Under the pieces are notes generated by a model that was not told the DNA's origin, did no database searches, and saw only the letters and a program-made list of their open reading frames with translations. Positions 11,184 to 21,914 of a DNA stretch of 64,000 nt are shown piece by piece; position 1 is the stretch's first letter; each line of letters opens with the position of its first letter. Position numbers and translations under genes: made by a program. The stretch is from Bacteroidales bacterium (GTDB taxonomy: Bacteria > Bacteroidota > Bacteroidia > Bacteroidales > UBA3824), in assembly GCA_016293845.1 (NCBI GenBank), contig JAEDDH010000004.1, positions 142,084-206,083 on the forward strand. Direction: 5' to 3'.

Positions 11184-11757
11184 AAGCCTCGCAAAAGTCG
11201 CCGATTTTGAGCGGTCCAACGCCAGCCGGTGTGCCTGTATATATCAAATCGCCAGTTTTGAACATCACAAACTGCGAAATATACGACACAATTTCGTCAA
11301 ACGAAAACATCATATCAGCGGTATTGCCTTGCTGAACGGTTTTATCATTGATTTTGAGCGAAAAATCTATATTGCGCATATCTGCAAACTGAGTTTTGGG
11401 CAAAAACACTGGCGAAATAGGTGCAGCACCATCAAAACCCTTACTCAAAAACCACGGCAAACCCTTTTGACGGCATTCATTTTGAATATCTCGGGCTGTG
11501 ATATCAAGTCCGATACCAATTTCGTCGTAATATCTGTGGGCAAATTTAGGACTTACACACTTGCCAACCTTACAAATTTTTAGCACTATCTCGGTTTCGT
11601 ACTCGATCTGAGAAGAAAACTCTGGATAATAAAAATCAGAATTGTTGCGCAGCAATGCGGTTTCGGGCTTGATAAAGAAAACCGGCTTTGATGGAGTTTC
11701 CATCTCAATTTCGGCATTGTGCTTACGATAATTGCCAGCGATACAAAATATTTTCAT
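11143..11757 (-). CDS. Fumarylacetoacetate hydrolase (FAH) family protein
   Basis: Starts MKIFCIAGNYRKH, then PVFFIKPETAL, and ends ...GDLIYTGTPAGVGPLKIGD, typical of the FAH/HpcE-like family. I moved the start to ATG 11757; the upstream extension to 11823 is hydrophobic nonsense. Confidence 0.85.
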   Translation of the reverse strand: MKIFCIAGNYRKHNAEIEMETPSKPVFFIKPETALLRNNSDFYYPEFSSQIEYETEIVLKICKVGKCVSPKFAHRYYDEIGIGLDITARDIQNECRQKGLPWFLSKGFDGAAPISPVFLPKTQFADMRNIDFSLKINDKTVQQGNTADMMFSFDEIVSYISQFVMFKTGDLIYTGTPAGVGPLKIGDFCEAFIGQEKLLEMRVK

Positions 11758-11968
11758 AGTTACAAATATTACAAAACGTGGCAAAATTATAAAAAATAGA
11801 AAAAAAAAACAGAAATTTAACAATAGTTAAAGTACCAAATTGCCAAAATAATTTGTAATTTTGGAACGCAAACTATACAAGTAATGTTCGCACTGTTTGA
11901 TACGCTCAAAAAATCGGTATACATATTGCATTTTGATACAAAGAAAACAAAAACAGCACGCTAATTAA

Positions 11969-14900
11969 ATGAAGAAACTTAGCCACTTTTTAATAAAGAA
12001 TTTCGAGTTGAAACCTCAAGAAATCAATATTTTCTTGATGTTGTTCCTACATTCGTTTTTTCTCGGGCTTGCGGGTGCGTTCTATTTTACACCTGCCAAC
12101 TCGGAGTTTATCAAGTTCTTCGGCAGCGAACAATTGCCCTACGCGTACATTGCAGCTGGCATTGGCGGATACATTTTCACTTCGATTTATTCGTGGTTTC
12201 AAAAACGTATTGGCAGCCGCTCGCTATTTATGGGCACGCTGCTAACTATGACTATATTAACACTTTGCTGCCGAATATTCTTGCACACCATACCAGACAA
12301 ATGGCTGAGTGTGTTTGTGTTTATTTGGGCATGGCCATTTTTGTCGATGATAGGCATCGAGTGCGGCGCTTTGTCGCTCAAATTCCTCAACTTAGTGCAA
12401 GTTAAGCGTATTTTTGCACTGTTTAGTATGGGTGGCGTGTTGGCGGCGATTATTGGTTATTTGGCGATCCCGCTGTTAAACAAAGTAATATCTCACCCTT
12501 ACGACTTATTATATATCAGCACATTAGGATTTATTCTTGGTATTGTGTTCCTGATAATGCTTTACAACAAGTATCCCGAAAAACTTGTCGACGAAAAGGG
12601 TAAAAAATTTCAACTCATCAAAAAAGAGACAAACGACGGCACGGGATTTCTCCAACTTATTAAAAAAGACTACTTTAAATACATATTTATATGTGCCACC
12701 CTCTCGATGACCATTATATATGTAACCGACTTCTCGTTTCTTTCAACAGTAAAAATACACATCGCACCCGAAAACATTTCGCAATATTTAGCACTTGTAT
12801 ATGCGGGATTAAAAATTGGCGAATTTGTAATTTCCTATTTTTCAAGTCGTCTGCTTAGCCGTTATGGAGTAAAATTAGGATTAATGATTTTGCCAATTGC
12901 CATGGGGGTGGTGGTAACTCTTGCCGCCATAATTGGTATCGCCCCGGGTGTGGAATGTCTTATGTTTTTGATACTTATTACAATAAATAAATCGCAAGAA
13001 AGAATTTTGCGCCGAGGTCTCGACGACCCAGCTTTCAACATTCTCTACCAACCCCTTCCCGACAACGAAAAATTTGCCGTTCAAACCAAAGTAGGTGTGG
13101 TTCAGCAATTTAGTACGGCCATTGCAGGATTGTTTATTCTTGGTGTCAACAAGATTATAACCATCGGCGGCGAATACGATTTCAAATGGTTTATGTGGTT
13201 CTTTGTGCCGGTTTTGGTGGCTTGGGTAATATCTTCGCGCAACCTTTACCTAAGTTACAAAGATAATATCCGTCAGATACTTGCCGACATCAGCAAAGAA
13301 AAACGCCGCGACACATCAAAATATCAGTACGGTGCGGAAGTTCTCAGAAAATATATCAAAAAGTCGAGCCAAAAATTCACCAACCTTGCCGTAACAATTC
13401 TATCCGAAACCAATCCACGTTCGCTTGAGGCTTACGCAGGAACACTTTTGGAAAGCGACGACGAAGTGGTAAACAAGGCTGTGCTCCGCAATATCGACCC
13501 CACCTGGCGACGCCGTATTGCTTCGCCGTGCCAAAAAATTTACGAAACATCCAATAGTCCCGAAATACGACTGCTTGCCGAACGAGCCAAAAACTATCTT
13601 GATTTTTCGGAAATCAAGACTCCTCAGCCTGACGAACTTAACGCTCTCGCCGCTTCGGAATACGTTTCAGACAAAATCAAGTTGGTGAAATATATGTTTC
13701 AAGACGACAACTTGTTAAACGAAGGTATTATTCTCGGACTTTTGGACAGTACCGACAAAAACGTTAAATCAGCCGCCATCACTCTTGCAGGCAAACTCCG
13801 CACACAAAAGATGATTGCCAAACTGATTTCGCTGCTCGAATCGGTAGAATATTACAACACAGCCGGCGCAGTGCTGTTAGACATAGGCGACAAGGTGTTG
13901 CCCGCGCTCAACGAATACTTTGAAAAATGTGTTCAACCTGTTATCCTTCTGCGCATTATTGAGCTGTACGGAAAATTTGGTTCGGCCCCGGCCCGCGCCT
14001 ACCTTGTGCATAATATCAACTATCCAAACCGCGAGGTGCAGCAGGCTATTATCTACGCTATGTATTTTTGCAAGTATCAGGCTGAGCCCGAAGATGTTGA
14101 CACTATTAAACAAAAAGTAAGCGAAACTGTTGAAAACATTGTTTGGATAATGTCGGCTCTTGAAGATATTGAGGACGAGAAAAACACCCTCAAACTGTTT
14201 CAAGCCCTTGATATTGAGAAACAAAACAATCTTGAACAATTGTTCTTGTTGCTCAGTTTTATCTACGAACCTCGTATTATCGCATTGATACAGAAGAATA
14301 TCATTGGAAAAAACACAATATTTGCATTAGAAATTATCGACAACTTCTTTTCGCAAGATGTTAAGCAGATAGTTTCGCCATTGTTCGACGATATGTCGGC
14401 AGTGCAGAAAATCAAGAAGTTAAGTCATTTCTTCCCGCAAAACAAATATTCGTTTAGCGACCGATTGAAAGAGATTATCAAGCGCGACTTCAACAAAATA
14501 GACAATTGGACAGTAAGCAAGGCAGTTGAATTGCTTGGACGTTTGCACAAATCAAAATCTTCCGCAAGTTCAAACTCAGGCGTGATGGACTATAAAGACC
14601 TCAGCCTTTGGGTACGCTCTAACTTAGACGAACTGCTCACCAAGATACGCAAGAGCGAAATGCCCGACGAGATTTTCCTCTGTCTCTACCACACCGACGA
14701 AATGGTATACTCTTCGGCAGCAAAAATTATTTACGAAGAGAACCCGATTAAATGCTCCGACTACCTTACCAATATGTCGCCCAAAAAGCAGCAGTTGCTT
14801 TCTGACCTTACCAACAACCAGCCCATCTTGTTAGACAAGGTTAAGATGCTCAAAAAGCACCCGATGTACTTCAATGTGCCTGAAAACCTGCTTGTTAAGA

Positions 14901-15238
14901 TGGCAGAACATATCCGCATCAAACAGTTGCAAAAAGGCGATGAAATAATGCCAACAGTTCCCGGAGCCGCCGAAGATATTGTGATTGTGCTAAAAGGAAC
15001 TCTGTGCGTTAACGAAACATTTGGCGACGACACCTATTTCTTTAAAAACGATATCATTATCAAAGGTCTCAACCTTGACCAAGGTGCCAATGTACTCACA
15101 GCTAAAAAAGACAGCACAGTATTGTTAATCAGCCGATTTGAGTATTTCAACATCCTCATCAACGAAACCGACATCATCCGCTACGTATTCAACGAAAATA
15201 CACAAGGCAGATTAGCCGACAAACCTGAGGATGAATAA
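11969..15238 (+). CDS. Polytopic transporter-like domain (MFS / ATP:ADP-antiporter-like) fused to HEAT-like repeats and a C-terminal cyclic-nucleotide-binding domain
   Basis: About 430 aa with ~11-12 hydrophobic helices. A ~500-aa helical repeat region follows (LLDSTDKNVKSAAITLAGKL...). The last ~130 aa resemble a cNMP-binding beta-roll (IKQLQKGDEI...IVIVLKGTLCV...LLISRFEYFNIL). A TAATTTTG box lies at 11856-11863. Confidence 0.7.
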   Translation: MKKLSHFLIKNFELKPQEINIFLMLFLHSFFLGLAGAFYFTPANSEFIKFFGSEQLPYAYIAAGIGGYIFTSIYSWFQKRIGSRSLFMGTLLTMTILTLCCRIFLHTIPDKWLSVFVFIWAWPFLSMIGIECGALSLKFLNLVQVKRIFALFSMGGVLAAIIGYLAIPLLNKVISHPYDLLYISTLGFILGIVFLIMLYNKYPEKLVDEKGKKFQLIKKETNDGTGFLQLIKKDYFKYIFICATLSMTIIYVTDFSFLSTVKIHIAPENISQYLALVYAGLKIGEFVISYFSSRLLSRYGVKLGLMILPIAMGVVVTLAAIIGIAPGVECLMFLILITINKSQERILRRGLDDPAFNILYQPLPDNEKFAVQTKVGVVQQFSTAIAGLFILGVNKIITIGGEYDFKWFMWFFVPVLVAWVISSRNLYLSYKDNIRQILADISKEKRRDTSKYQYGAEVLRKYIKKSSQKFTNLAVTILSETNPRSLEAYAGTLLESDDEVVNKAVLRNIDPTWRRRIASPCQKIYETSNSPEIRLLAERAKNYLDFSEIKTPQPDELNALAASEYVSDKIKLVKYMFQDDNLLNEGIILGLLDSTDKNVKSAAITLAGKLRTQKMIAKLISLLESVEYYNTAGAVLLDIGDKVLPALNEYFEKCVQPVILLRIIELYGKFGSAPARAYLVHNINYPNREVQQAIIYAMYFCKYQAEPEDVDTIKQKVSETVENIVWIMSALEDIEDEKNTLKLFQALDIEKQNNLEQLFLLLSFIYEPRIIALIQKNIIGKNTIFALEIIDNFFSQDVKQIVSPLFDDMSAVQKIKKLSHFFPQNKYSFSDRLKEIIKRDFNKIDNWTVSKAVELLGRLHKSKSSASSNSGVMDYKDLSLWVRSNLDELLTKIRKSEMPDEIFLCLYHTDEMVYSSAAKIIYEENPIKCSDYLTNMSPKKQQLLSDLTNNQPILLDKVKMLKKHPMYFNVPENLLVKMAEHIRIKQLQKGDEIMPTVPGAAEDIVIVLKGTLCVNETFGDDTYFFKNDIIIKGLNLDQGANVLTAKKDSTVLLISRFEYFNILINETDIIRYVFNENTQGRLADKPEDE

Positions 15239-15264
15239 ATTATCAAATCAAGAAACCACTACAA

Positions 15265-17388
15265 TTATTTATACTCTTCATAACTCTCATCAAGTTGAGA
15301 GTATTCGTCTTCGAGTTTAATATCAAATCCAGGATTATGATTTTGATTTTCGTCTGCTGTTTCTTCTGACTTGTTGTCTGCGGCTTTATTATCAGCCTTT
15401 GTGTCTAACTCTTTGAATGCAGAAATGTTGGCAGAGCTATTTAGATTTTCGCGTTCGAGTTCGGCATTGAGTTGAGTTTTAAGGCGGAGAATTTCGGTAG
15501 AATGTTCTTCGATAAGTTTCTGCAATTGCTGCTTTGAAGCCATATCTTCTCGGGTAAGTTTAAAGAAATCAACCGATTCGTTGAGATTACGCCAAAGCGA
15601 AATCATAGATTCCGACGAATGTAACATCGATTCCGACGAACGAGCATTAGATTGAGTAATATTTACAAGTTGCTGAATAGCGTGATTGATAGAAACCGTA
15701 CGGTCTAACTGTTCGTTGCACGAGTTGGCAATATCAGATACCATAGAGGCCTGTTTTCGGATTCGCGGAGTAATTTTGTCAATAAGATCAGACGAACGCT
15801 CAGTAATTTTAAGGCTTCGAGCACTTGATTCGTTGATTTGAATAGAAGCCTCTTGACAGTGCTCGGCAAGTTTTCGGATTTCGGCAGCCACCACAGCAAA
15901 ACCTTTACCATGTTCGCCAGCGCGGGCAGCCTCCACAGCAGCATTGATAGCAAGGAGGTCGGTACGCGAAGCAATCTCATTGATAATTTGAGCCTTAGTA
16001 ATAACGCTTTGAATACAAGCAAGAGTACTTGCCGACGATTTTGTAATAGTAAGCACATCTTCGGCAATGCTTTCAGAAGATTCGCAAGTTGCTTTTGCTT
16101 TGGCAGTGTTTTGTTCTATCGACATTGCCATATTCTCTAACGCAGCCGACATTTCTTCCACAGCGGCAGCCTGTTTTTGTGTATCGTCAGAAAGTTTTGT
16201 TACCACATCGGCAAGCCTTTTACCACTATGAGCTGTATCTAAAGAGTATTTGCGAATAGATTCAATAGCTGAGCGAAGGCGTTCTTTCATGTTTTTAACA
16301 TTGCGGACAAGTTCACCAATTTCGTCATCGCTCTTAATATGATCGGCAGCGGTAGAATAAAAGCGACCTTGCGCAAAATCTTGTGTCAGATTGTTGACAG
16401 CCTTGATGGGAATAACCACACTAAATCTGATTACCAACCACAACAGCAACGATAACAACAAAATTGTAACCACAGCTATGCCAATAAACACAAGAAACAT
16501 CTCTTTGTCGCCTTTGTACAGTTGTGCAGATTCAACAATAATACCGAGAGTCCAAGGGGTTTTATCTACATGATGATAAAAAATTTCAACATCTTGATTG
16601 TAGTTGTTGACACAATGCTCTATACCCGAAACACTCTTATTTTTAGTAAGTTGTGTAAAAAAATCGTCGAGACCCTTAAAGTCTACCGATTTTGCTGTAT
16701 TTAAACTTAAAGTGTTGATATATTGCTGTTTTGGATAGGCAATAAGAGTGGTATTTTCGTCAACCATGGCACCCATTCCGTGTTGAGAAATCTCCATATC
16801 AGCAACATACGAATTAATACGGTCGTTGTCGATAACAGCGGTTAACACACCAACACACTTATTGTTGCGATCGCGAATTGCCACCGACACGTTGAATACA
16901 GCACTATCGCCAATATATTGTTTGGGCATAGTTAGCATCACATTCAGGTTTTGATCGCTCCGCATCTTAGAAAGATAGTAGACACAATCGGGATCAGACT
17001 CGGGAACAGAATCAAGAGGAATCCCTGTTAAATATTGCCGTCCGTCGGGCAGTGAAAGCCTAATGGAACGATATTTTTCATAATTATCATCCACCAAAAA
17101 CTGCGAAACCTGCATAACTCGCTCAGGATTAAACCTTTTGGATGTTTGAGTTGCAATTAGTTTCAATTCATCAACATAACCATAAATATAGTTAGAAATG
17201 TTATTACTTTGAATTTCAAGCATTTGCAAACCCATACTATGAATAGTTTCTCTATTTTTATCATACAACGATTTAAAAATATAATAATCAGAGAAAATTA
17301 TAATCAACGCCACTATGGGAATTAAAATCATCGTTAGCTTTACCCAAAGACTGCGTCCGCGGTGGTGAAATATATTGGATTTTGCCAT
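15265..17388 (-). CDS. Methyl-accepting chemotaxis protein-type receptor (Cache-like sensor, HAMP, MCP signalling domain)
   Basis: Architecture is TM, ~260-aa periplasmic Cache-like region, TM, HAMP. The canonical MCP hairpin tip [35 protein letters not shown] is present. The protein ends in a coiled coil and an acidic tail. Confidence 0.85.
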   Translation of the reverse strand: MAKSNIFHHRGRSLWVKLTMILIPIVALIIIFSDYYIFKSLYDKNRETIHSMGLQMLEIQSNNISNYIYGYVDELKLIATQTSKRFNPERVMQVSQFLVDDNYEKYRSIRLSLPDGRQYLTGIPLDSVPESDPDCVYYLSKMRSDQNLNVMLTMPKQYIGDSAVFNVSVAIRDRNNKCVGVLTAVIDNDRINSYVADMEISQHGMGAMVDENTTLIAYPKQQYINTLSLNTAKSVDFKGLDDFFTQLTKNKSVSGIEHCVNNYNQDVEIFYHHVDKTPWTLGIIVESAQLYKGDKEMFLVFIGIAVVTILLLSLLLWLVIRFSVVIPIKAVNNLTQDFAQGRFYSTAADHIKSDDEIGELVRNVKNMKERLRSAIESIRKYSLDTAHSGKRLADVVTKLSDDTQKQAAAVEEMSAALENMAMSIEQNTAKAKATCESSESIAEDVLTITKSSASTLACIQSVITKAQIINEIASRTDLLAINAAVEAARAGEHGKGFAVVAAEIRKLAEHCQEASIQINESSARSLKITERSSDLIDKITPRIRKQASMVSDIANSCNEQLDRTVSINHAIQQLVNITQSNARSSESMLHSSESMISLWRNLNESVDFFKLTREDMASKQQLQKLIEEHSTEILRLKTQLNAELERENLNSSANISAFKELDTKADNKAADNKSEETADENQNHNPGFDIKLEDEYSQLDESYEEYK

Positions 17389-17398
17389 AATAACTATA

Positions 17399-19354
17399 TT
17401 AAGTGGTTGTATTATTGTCTTTTAAATTATTTTCAGTATTGGTATTATCAATAAAATTTCTTGCATCTAATTCTTCTTGAAGCCGTTCAAGCTCTGCAAT
17501 ATGAGTTTCGAGTTTCCGCTGAATAGCTAATGTACGATCGGATTCTTCGCTCTTGAAAAAGTTGACAACCTCAACAAGACCGTCGGCATACTTAGAAAAT
17601 ATTTCAGCCTTTTTGAGCATAGCTTCTGCAGCATTAGCGTTATTGGCGGCAATTTCGGCAAGTTGCTGAATAGACAACAATATCTGTTGCGAACTTTCTT
17701 CCTCTTCTTTAATAGCAGCAGCAATAGACGAAATTTTTTCGCCTGCCGTATTAACCGCAGGAAGCAACAGTCCAAACTGCTTAAAAGCACGTTCAGAAAT
17801 TTGGATATTATCGGCACCGGCTTCGTCGATTTCTACGGCGGCAGCACGACAGCGTTCTGCAAGTTTTTTAATTTCACCTGCCACCACAGCAAAGCCTCTA
17901 CCCTCATCGCCCGCCTTGGCAGCTTCTACTGCAGCATTGATAGCAAGAAGTTCGGTTTTGGAGGCTATCTCGTTGATAACGTGGATTTTTTCGGTAATCT
18001 GTTTTGTACTTTCAAGTGATTTGGCAATAACCTGCGAAACCGAATTCATACTACCAACAATTTGTTCACTTGTACGCTGTGTATCAGCTGCATACAACGA
18101 ACTACGCGAAATAGATTCTTGCATTAATCTCATCACTGCATTAATCTCGTCGGCTGCCATCGACTGATTAGCAACGCTTTCGGAAATATGCTCTGCCGAG
18201 GTGTTGAGTTCGCGGCTATCACTCACAATCAAAGCTGCCTTGGTGCGTATATCTGTGGTTATCGACTGCAATTTGCGCGACATTTCAGCAATACCGTCAA
18301 GCATTTTACCAATCTCATCGTTGCGCATAGAATGTATTTCAGCCACCTTATATAATTTGCCCGCCGAAAAACACTCTGTTGCTTTCAAGAGATATTGCAC
18401 TGGTCGATTAACATACTTAGTAATAAGCCAATAAAGCACCACCGAAAACAAAATTATCGCCACTGGAACAAAAATATAAAACAACCTGATTAATACTATG
18501 TTGCGATTTTTCAACGTTTCCACAGGCATCACAAACACATAGTGCCAATCGGTGAAATCGATTTTTCGCCAAAGCAAAGCAAACCTTGCGCCAGAAGGAT
18601 GTTTAATAACAAGCGGATATTTTAAATCGTGACCTGCCATTATCTCTTTGCCAATAATATCCAGACCTTTGTAGATAGAAGAATCGGTAAGTTTAAATTT
18701 ATTAATCCACTCAGGATGCATATTAGAAGCTTGCACAAGTGCCGAATCGCTTGTAACTATCATTCCAACACCATCGCCAAGTACTTGTTTGTTGCAAACC
18801 AAATCGCTAACCCGCTGAGCGTCCAAAGCTACCGAAACAAGTCCGGTCATGGTATCTTTTTGCATAAACGGTGCATAAATAACAAAAACATCTCCCTTGC
18901 CATCGCGTGCAGGACGACGATTGGATACAAAAAAACGATTTCTGGTAAAAATTTTTATATTCTTTGGGGTAATTTTAAATGTATGATTGGTGTCGGTAAG
19001 AGTGGTAATGGTAGAACCTTCGTAATTAGAAAAGCCGCCGTAACGAAACCAACCTTCGCTTTTGTCTACAAGCAATTGCATCATACCAAGGCTAACAGTA
19101 TCGTTAATACGCTGAGCAGTGCGAAACACCGAAAGCATTTCTAACTGAGATACAACGTTTTCGAAATGTTTAGATATATAATCGGCATTATTAATAACCA
19201 TTTCGTACATTGCCTGACTCAGGGACTCTTTGTTGTTATGGCGAATTATCAAAAACAAAGTAAGGTTTACCCCCAATACCAAAAAGAATACCAGGGGTAC
19301 AAGAACCTTCATCATATTACCAGTAATGGTCTCTTTCTTTGGGCTTTTGTCCAT
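17399..19354 (-). CDS. Methyl-accepting chemotaxis protein-type receptor, paralog of 15265..17388
   Basis: Same architecture as its neighbour. The hairpin tip is [35 protein letters not shown]. The stop lies 10 nt before the start of the downstream paralog. Confidence 0.85.
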   Translation of the reverse strand: MDKSPKKETITGNMMKVLVPLVFFLVLGVNLTLFLIIRHNNKESLSQAMYEMVINNADYISKHFENVVSQLEMLSVFRTAQRINDTVSLGMMQLLVDKSEGWFRYGGFSNYEGSTITTLTDTNHTFKITPKNIKIFTRNRFFVSNRRPARDGKGDVFVIYAPFMQKDTMTGLVSVALDAQRVSDLVCNKQVLGDGVGMIVTSDSALVQASNMHPEWINKFKLTDSSIYKGLDIIGKEIMAGHDLKYPLVIKHPSGARFALLWRKIDFTDWHYVFVMPVETLKNRNIVLIRLFYIFVPVAIILFSVVLYWLITKYVNRPVQYLLKATECFSAGKLYKVAEIHSMRNDEIGKMLDGIAEMSRKLQSITTDIRTKAALIVSDSRELNTSAEHISESVANQSMAADEINAVMRLMQESISRSSLYAADTQRTSEQIVGSMNSVSQVIAKSLESTKQITEKIHVINEIASKTELLAINAAVEAAKAGDEGRGFAVVAGEIKKLAERCRAAAVEIDEAGADNIQISERAFKQFGLLLPAVNTAGEKISSIAAAIKEEEESSQQILLSIQQLAEIAANNANAAEAMLKKAEIFSKYADGLVEVVNFFKSEESDRTLAIQRKLETHIAELERLQEELDARNFIDNTNTENNLKDNNTTT

Positions 19355-19443
19355 GACTTTACAAAAAATATCTGCCTATAAAGATACAATATATTTGCGT
19401 ATTGGCGAATAATATTTTTTGAATTTTTTAAAACAAATACACC

Positions 19444-20610
19444 TTATTTAAAAAGTTTCTGCGCAAAATCGCGGATAGATTTTCGCCACGGCTGCCATTC
19501 GTGATCGCCAGGGAAAGAGTTAAAAACTACGTTTACACCTGCATCTTGCATTGTTTTAACAACAGCTTTGTTGTATGTGATGCGGGGGTCTTGCTCGCCA
19601 CAACTGATGTATACCACCTTGCGTTGGCTGTTGAATTTTTTGGTATCGGTAAGTATTCCGGGACACTCTTTTTCAAGGTTGAAATTAGACGAACCCTGTA
19701 TGCCGCCAAACATTCCTGTTGAGAAAATACCCACATTTGCAAAAACTTCGGGAGTAAGCAATCCAACGTAAAACGACTGCCCCCCTCCCATCGACAATCC
19801 ACACATAGCACGATTATGAGCATCGGCTTTGGTACGGAAGTTTTTGTCTACAAAAGGGACGATGTTTTCAACCATCTCTTGCTTAAAGGTTTGCATTCCC
19901 TGTGCAGAGTAAGCGGGGTAACCCGGAACGCGTTTTTTAACATTTCCGTTGGCACAAACCACAATCATAGGCACAGCGCGCCCCGAGGCAATAAGGTTGT
20001 CCATAATATTAGCCAAACGTCCTTGCTGAACCCATCCTCGATGATCTTCGCCGCCACCGTGCTGAATATAAACTACAGGATAACTCTTTTTAAGGTCGTC
20101 GGAATATCCTGCAGGAGTGTAGACCCACAGCGGACGCCATTCGTTATCTACCTTAGAATAATAGTTGTGGATAGATACTTGACCGTGAGCAACATTCTGA
20201 ATTTCAAAATCTTCAGTATTGTCTTCGGGAATATCCACAGCGCTCATCATTTTGCCGCAGCCATAGAATGTTTCGGAGGCGGGGTCGTTTACCGAAACGC
20301 CGTCTACTACCAAGGCATAATAATGAAAACCAGGCACTTGCTCTGGAATTTCAACATACCATACGCCTTTGTCGTTTTTGGTCATATCATACTTTTTGCC
20401 GCAGATATCCACCTGAACATTATTGGCAGAGGGAGCATTGAGCGAGAATGCAACTTTTTTGTCCTTTAATATAAAAGGATATGAGTTTGGGCTGATATTG
20501 GTAGCCAAAGGTTTAGCACCATCGGGAATTTGAATTTGAGGTGCAAATTGAGCTGATGCGTTGATATTCAACAGCAAAACAAATGTAGGAATAAATAAAA
20601 ATCTTTTCAT
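19444..20610 (-). CDS. Secreted esterase (alpha/beta hydrolase, enterochelin-esterase/CE1-like) with N-terminal Ig-like domain
   Basis: Signal peptide MKRFLFIPTFVLLLNINASAQ. The nucleophile elbow is GLSMGG, and the HGGGEDH segment is typical of esterase D / CE1-type enzymes. Start moved to ATG 20610. Confidence 0.75.
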   Translation of the reverse strand: MKRFLFIPTFVLLLNINASAQFAPQIQIPDGAKPLATNISPNSYPFILKDKKVAFSLNAPSANNVQVDICGKKYDMTKNDKGVWYVEIPEQVPGFHYYALVVDGVSVNDPASETFYGCGKMMSAVDIPEDNTEDFEIQNVAHGQVSIHNYYSKVDNEWRPLWVYTPAGYSDDLKKSYPVVYIQHGGGEDHRGWVQQGRLANIMDNLIASGRAVPMIVVCANGNVKKRVPGYPAYSAQGMQTFKQEMVENIVPFVDKNFRTKADAHNRAMCGLSMGGGQSFYVGLLTPEVFANVGIFSTGMFGGIQGSSNFNLEKECPGILTDTKKFNSQRKVVYISCGEQDPRITYNKAVVKTMQDAGVNVVFNSFPGDHEWQPWRKSIRDFAQKLFK

Positions 20611-20687
20611 AGGTGGTTTATTTAAGATGTTATAAAAAAATGTAGAGACGCACCATGGCACGTCTCTACAAAAGAATAGATAAAATT

Positions 20688-21878
20688 TTATTTCAGCAAT
20701 GCCAAAGCCTTGTTGATACGTTTGAAAGCTTCGTCGATACGGGGGAAGTCAACAACGTAACTCATACGTATACAAGCATCTACGCCAAATGCGCTACCGG
20801 CAACTGTAGCCACGTGAGCCACATTGAGAAGGAAGTCGCAAAGTTCGTCAGATCCTTTGATAACCTTGCCTTCGTAAGATTTGCCATAGTAAGCCGAAAA
20901 ATCGGGGAAGGTGTAGAATGTGGCAGGAGGTACATTGAGTTTTACACCCGGAATTTCGTGGAGATATTTTACCATAAGGTCGCGGCGTTTTACAAGCACC
21001 TCGTTGTTTTTAGCGATAATAGATTGGTTGCCATTAAGAGCCTCAATAGCAGCACGTTGAGTAATAGAGCATGTACCCGAAGTGGTTTGACCTTGAAGTT
21101 TTTTGCAAGCTTTAGCCACCTCAACAGGACCAGCCATATAGCCAAGACGCCAACCTGTCATAGCGTAAGCCTTTGAAAGACCGTTAATTACAATTGTTTG
21201 ATTGTAAACATTAGCAAACTGAGCAATAGATTCGTGTTTGCCAACATAATTGAGATGTTCGTAAATTTCGTCAGAAATAATAGCGATTTCGGGATATTTA
21301 GCAAGCACATCGGCAAGAGCTTTGAGTTCGTCTTTGGTGTAAATGCTTCCCGAAGGATTTGACGGAGCGTTGAGAATAAAGCCGTGAGTTTTTGGTGTGA
21401 TAGCCTTTTCAAGTTGCTCAGGAGTAATTTTGTAGTAATTGTCGGGTTTGCCTTCGATAATCACAGGCTTAGCGTTGCACAAGTGTGCAAGTTCGATATA
21501 CGAAACCCAATAAGGTGTGGGAATTATCACCTCGTCGCCCTCTTGAAAAAGGCATTGCATAGCATTAGCAAGGCACTGTTTAGCGCCGGTAGATACTACA
21601 ATCTGATTTTCAGCATATTCGAGGTTGTTTTCACGTTTAAATTTACCTTGAATTGCCTTAATCAAATCTTTGTAACCCGGTACGGGCGAATAGAAAGAGT
21701 AATTGTCGTCGATGGCTTTTTTGGCAGCCTCTTTAACGTTGTCGGGTGTGAAAAAATCGGGCTGACCAACGGTCAGGTTCACAACGTCGATACCTTGCTC
21801 TTTTAGTTCGTTGCTCTTTTGGCTCATCGCAAGCGTCTGCGATTCGGCCACTCTGTTGATTCTTGATGATAATCTCAT
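20688..21878 (-). CDS. Pyridoxal-phosphate-dependent class I aminotransferase (aspartate aminotransferase-like)
   Basis: 396 aa with VNLTVGQPDF near the N-terminus and the PLP-lysine motif GLSKAYAMTGWRLGY. Confidence 0.9.
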   Translation of the reverse strand: MRLSSRINRVAESQTLAMSQKSNELKEQGIDVVNLTVGQPDFFTPDNVKEAAKKAIDDNYSFYSPVPGYKDLIKAIQGKFKRENNLEYAENQIVVSTGAKQCLANAMQCLFQEGDEVIIPTPYWVSYIELAHLCNAKPVIIEGKPDNYYKITPEQLEKAITPKTHGFILNAPSNPSGSIYTKDELKALADVLAKYPEIAIISDEIYEHLNYVGKHESIAQFANVYNQTIVINGLSKAYAMTGWRLGYMAGPVEVAKACKKLQGQTTSGTCSITQRAAIEALNGNQSIIAKNNEVLVKRRDLMVKYLHEIPGVKLNVPPATFYTFPDFSAYYGKSYEGKVIKGSDELCDFLLNVAHVATVAGSAFGVDACIRMSYVVDFPRIDEAFKRINKALALLK

Positions 21879-21914
21879 TTTTGATAACGTTTTATGATGT
21901 TTTAATAAATTTCG

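Noticed and set aside
19392-19399. Plus-strand TATATTTG box between the MCP operon and the esterase gene
   Set aside because: No plus-strand gene follows it; it would only produce antisense RNA to the esterase. It is probably a chance match in AT-rich intergenic DNA.
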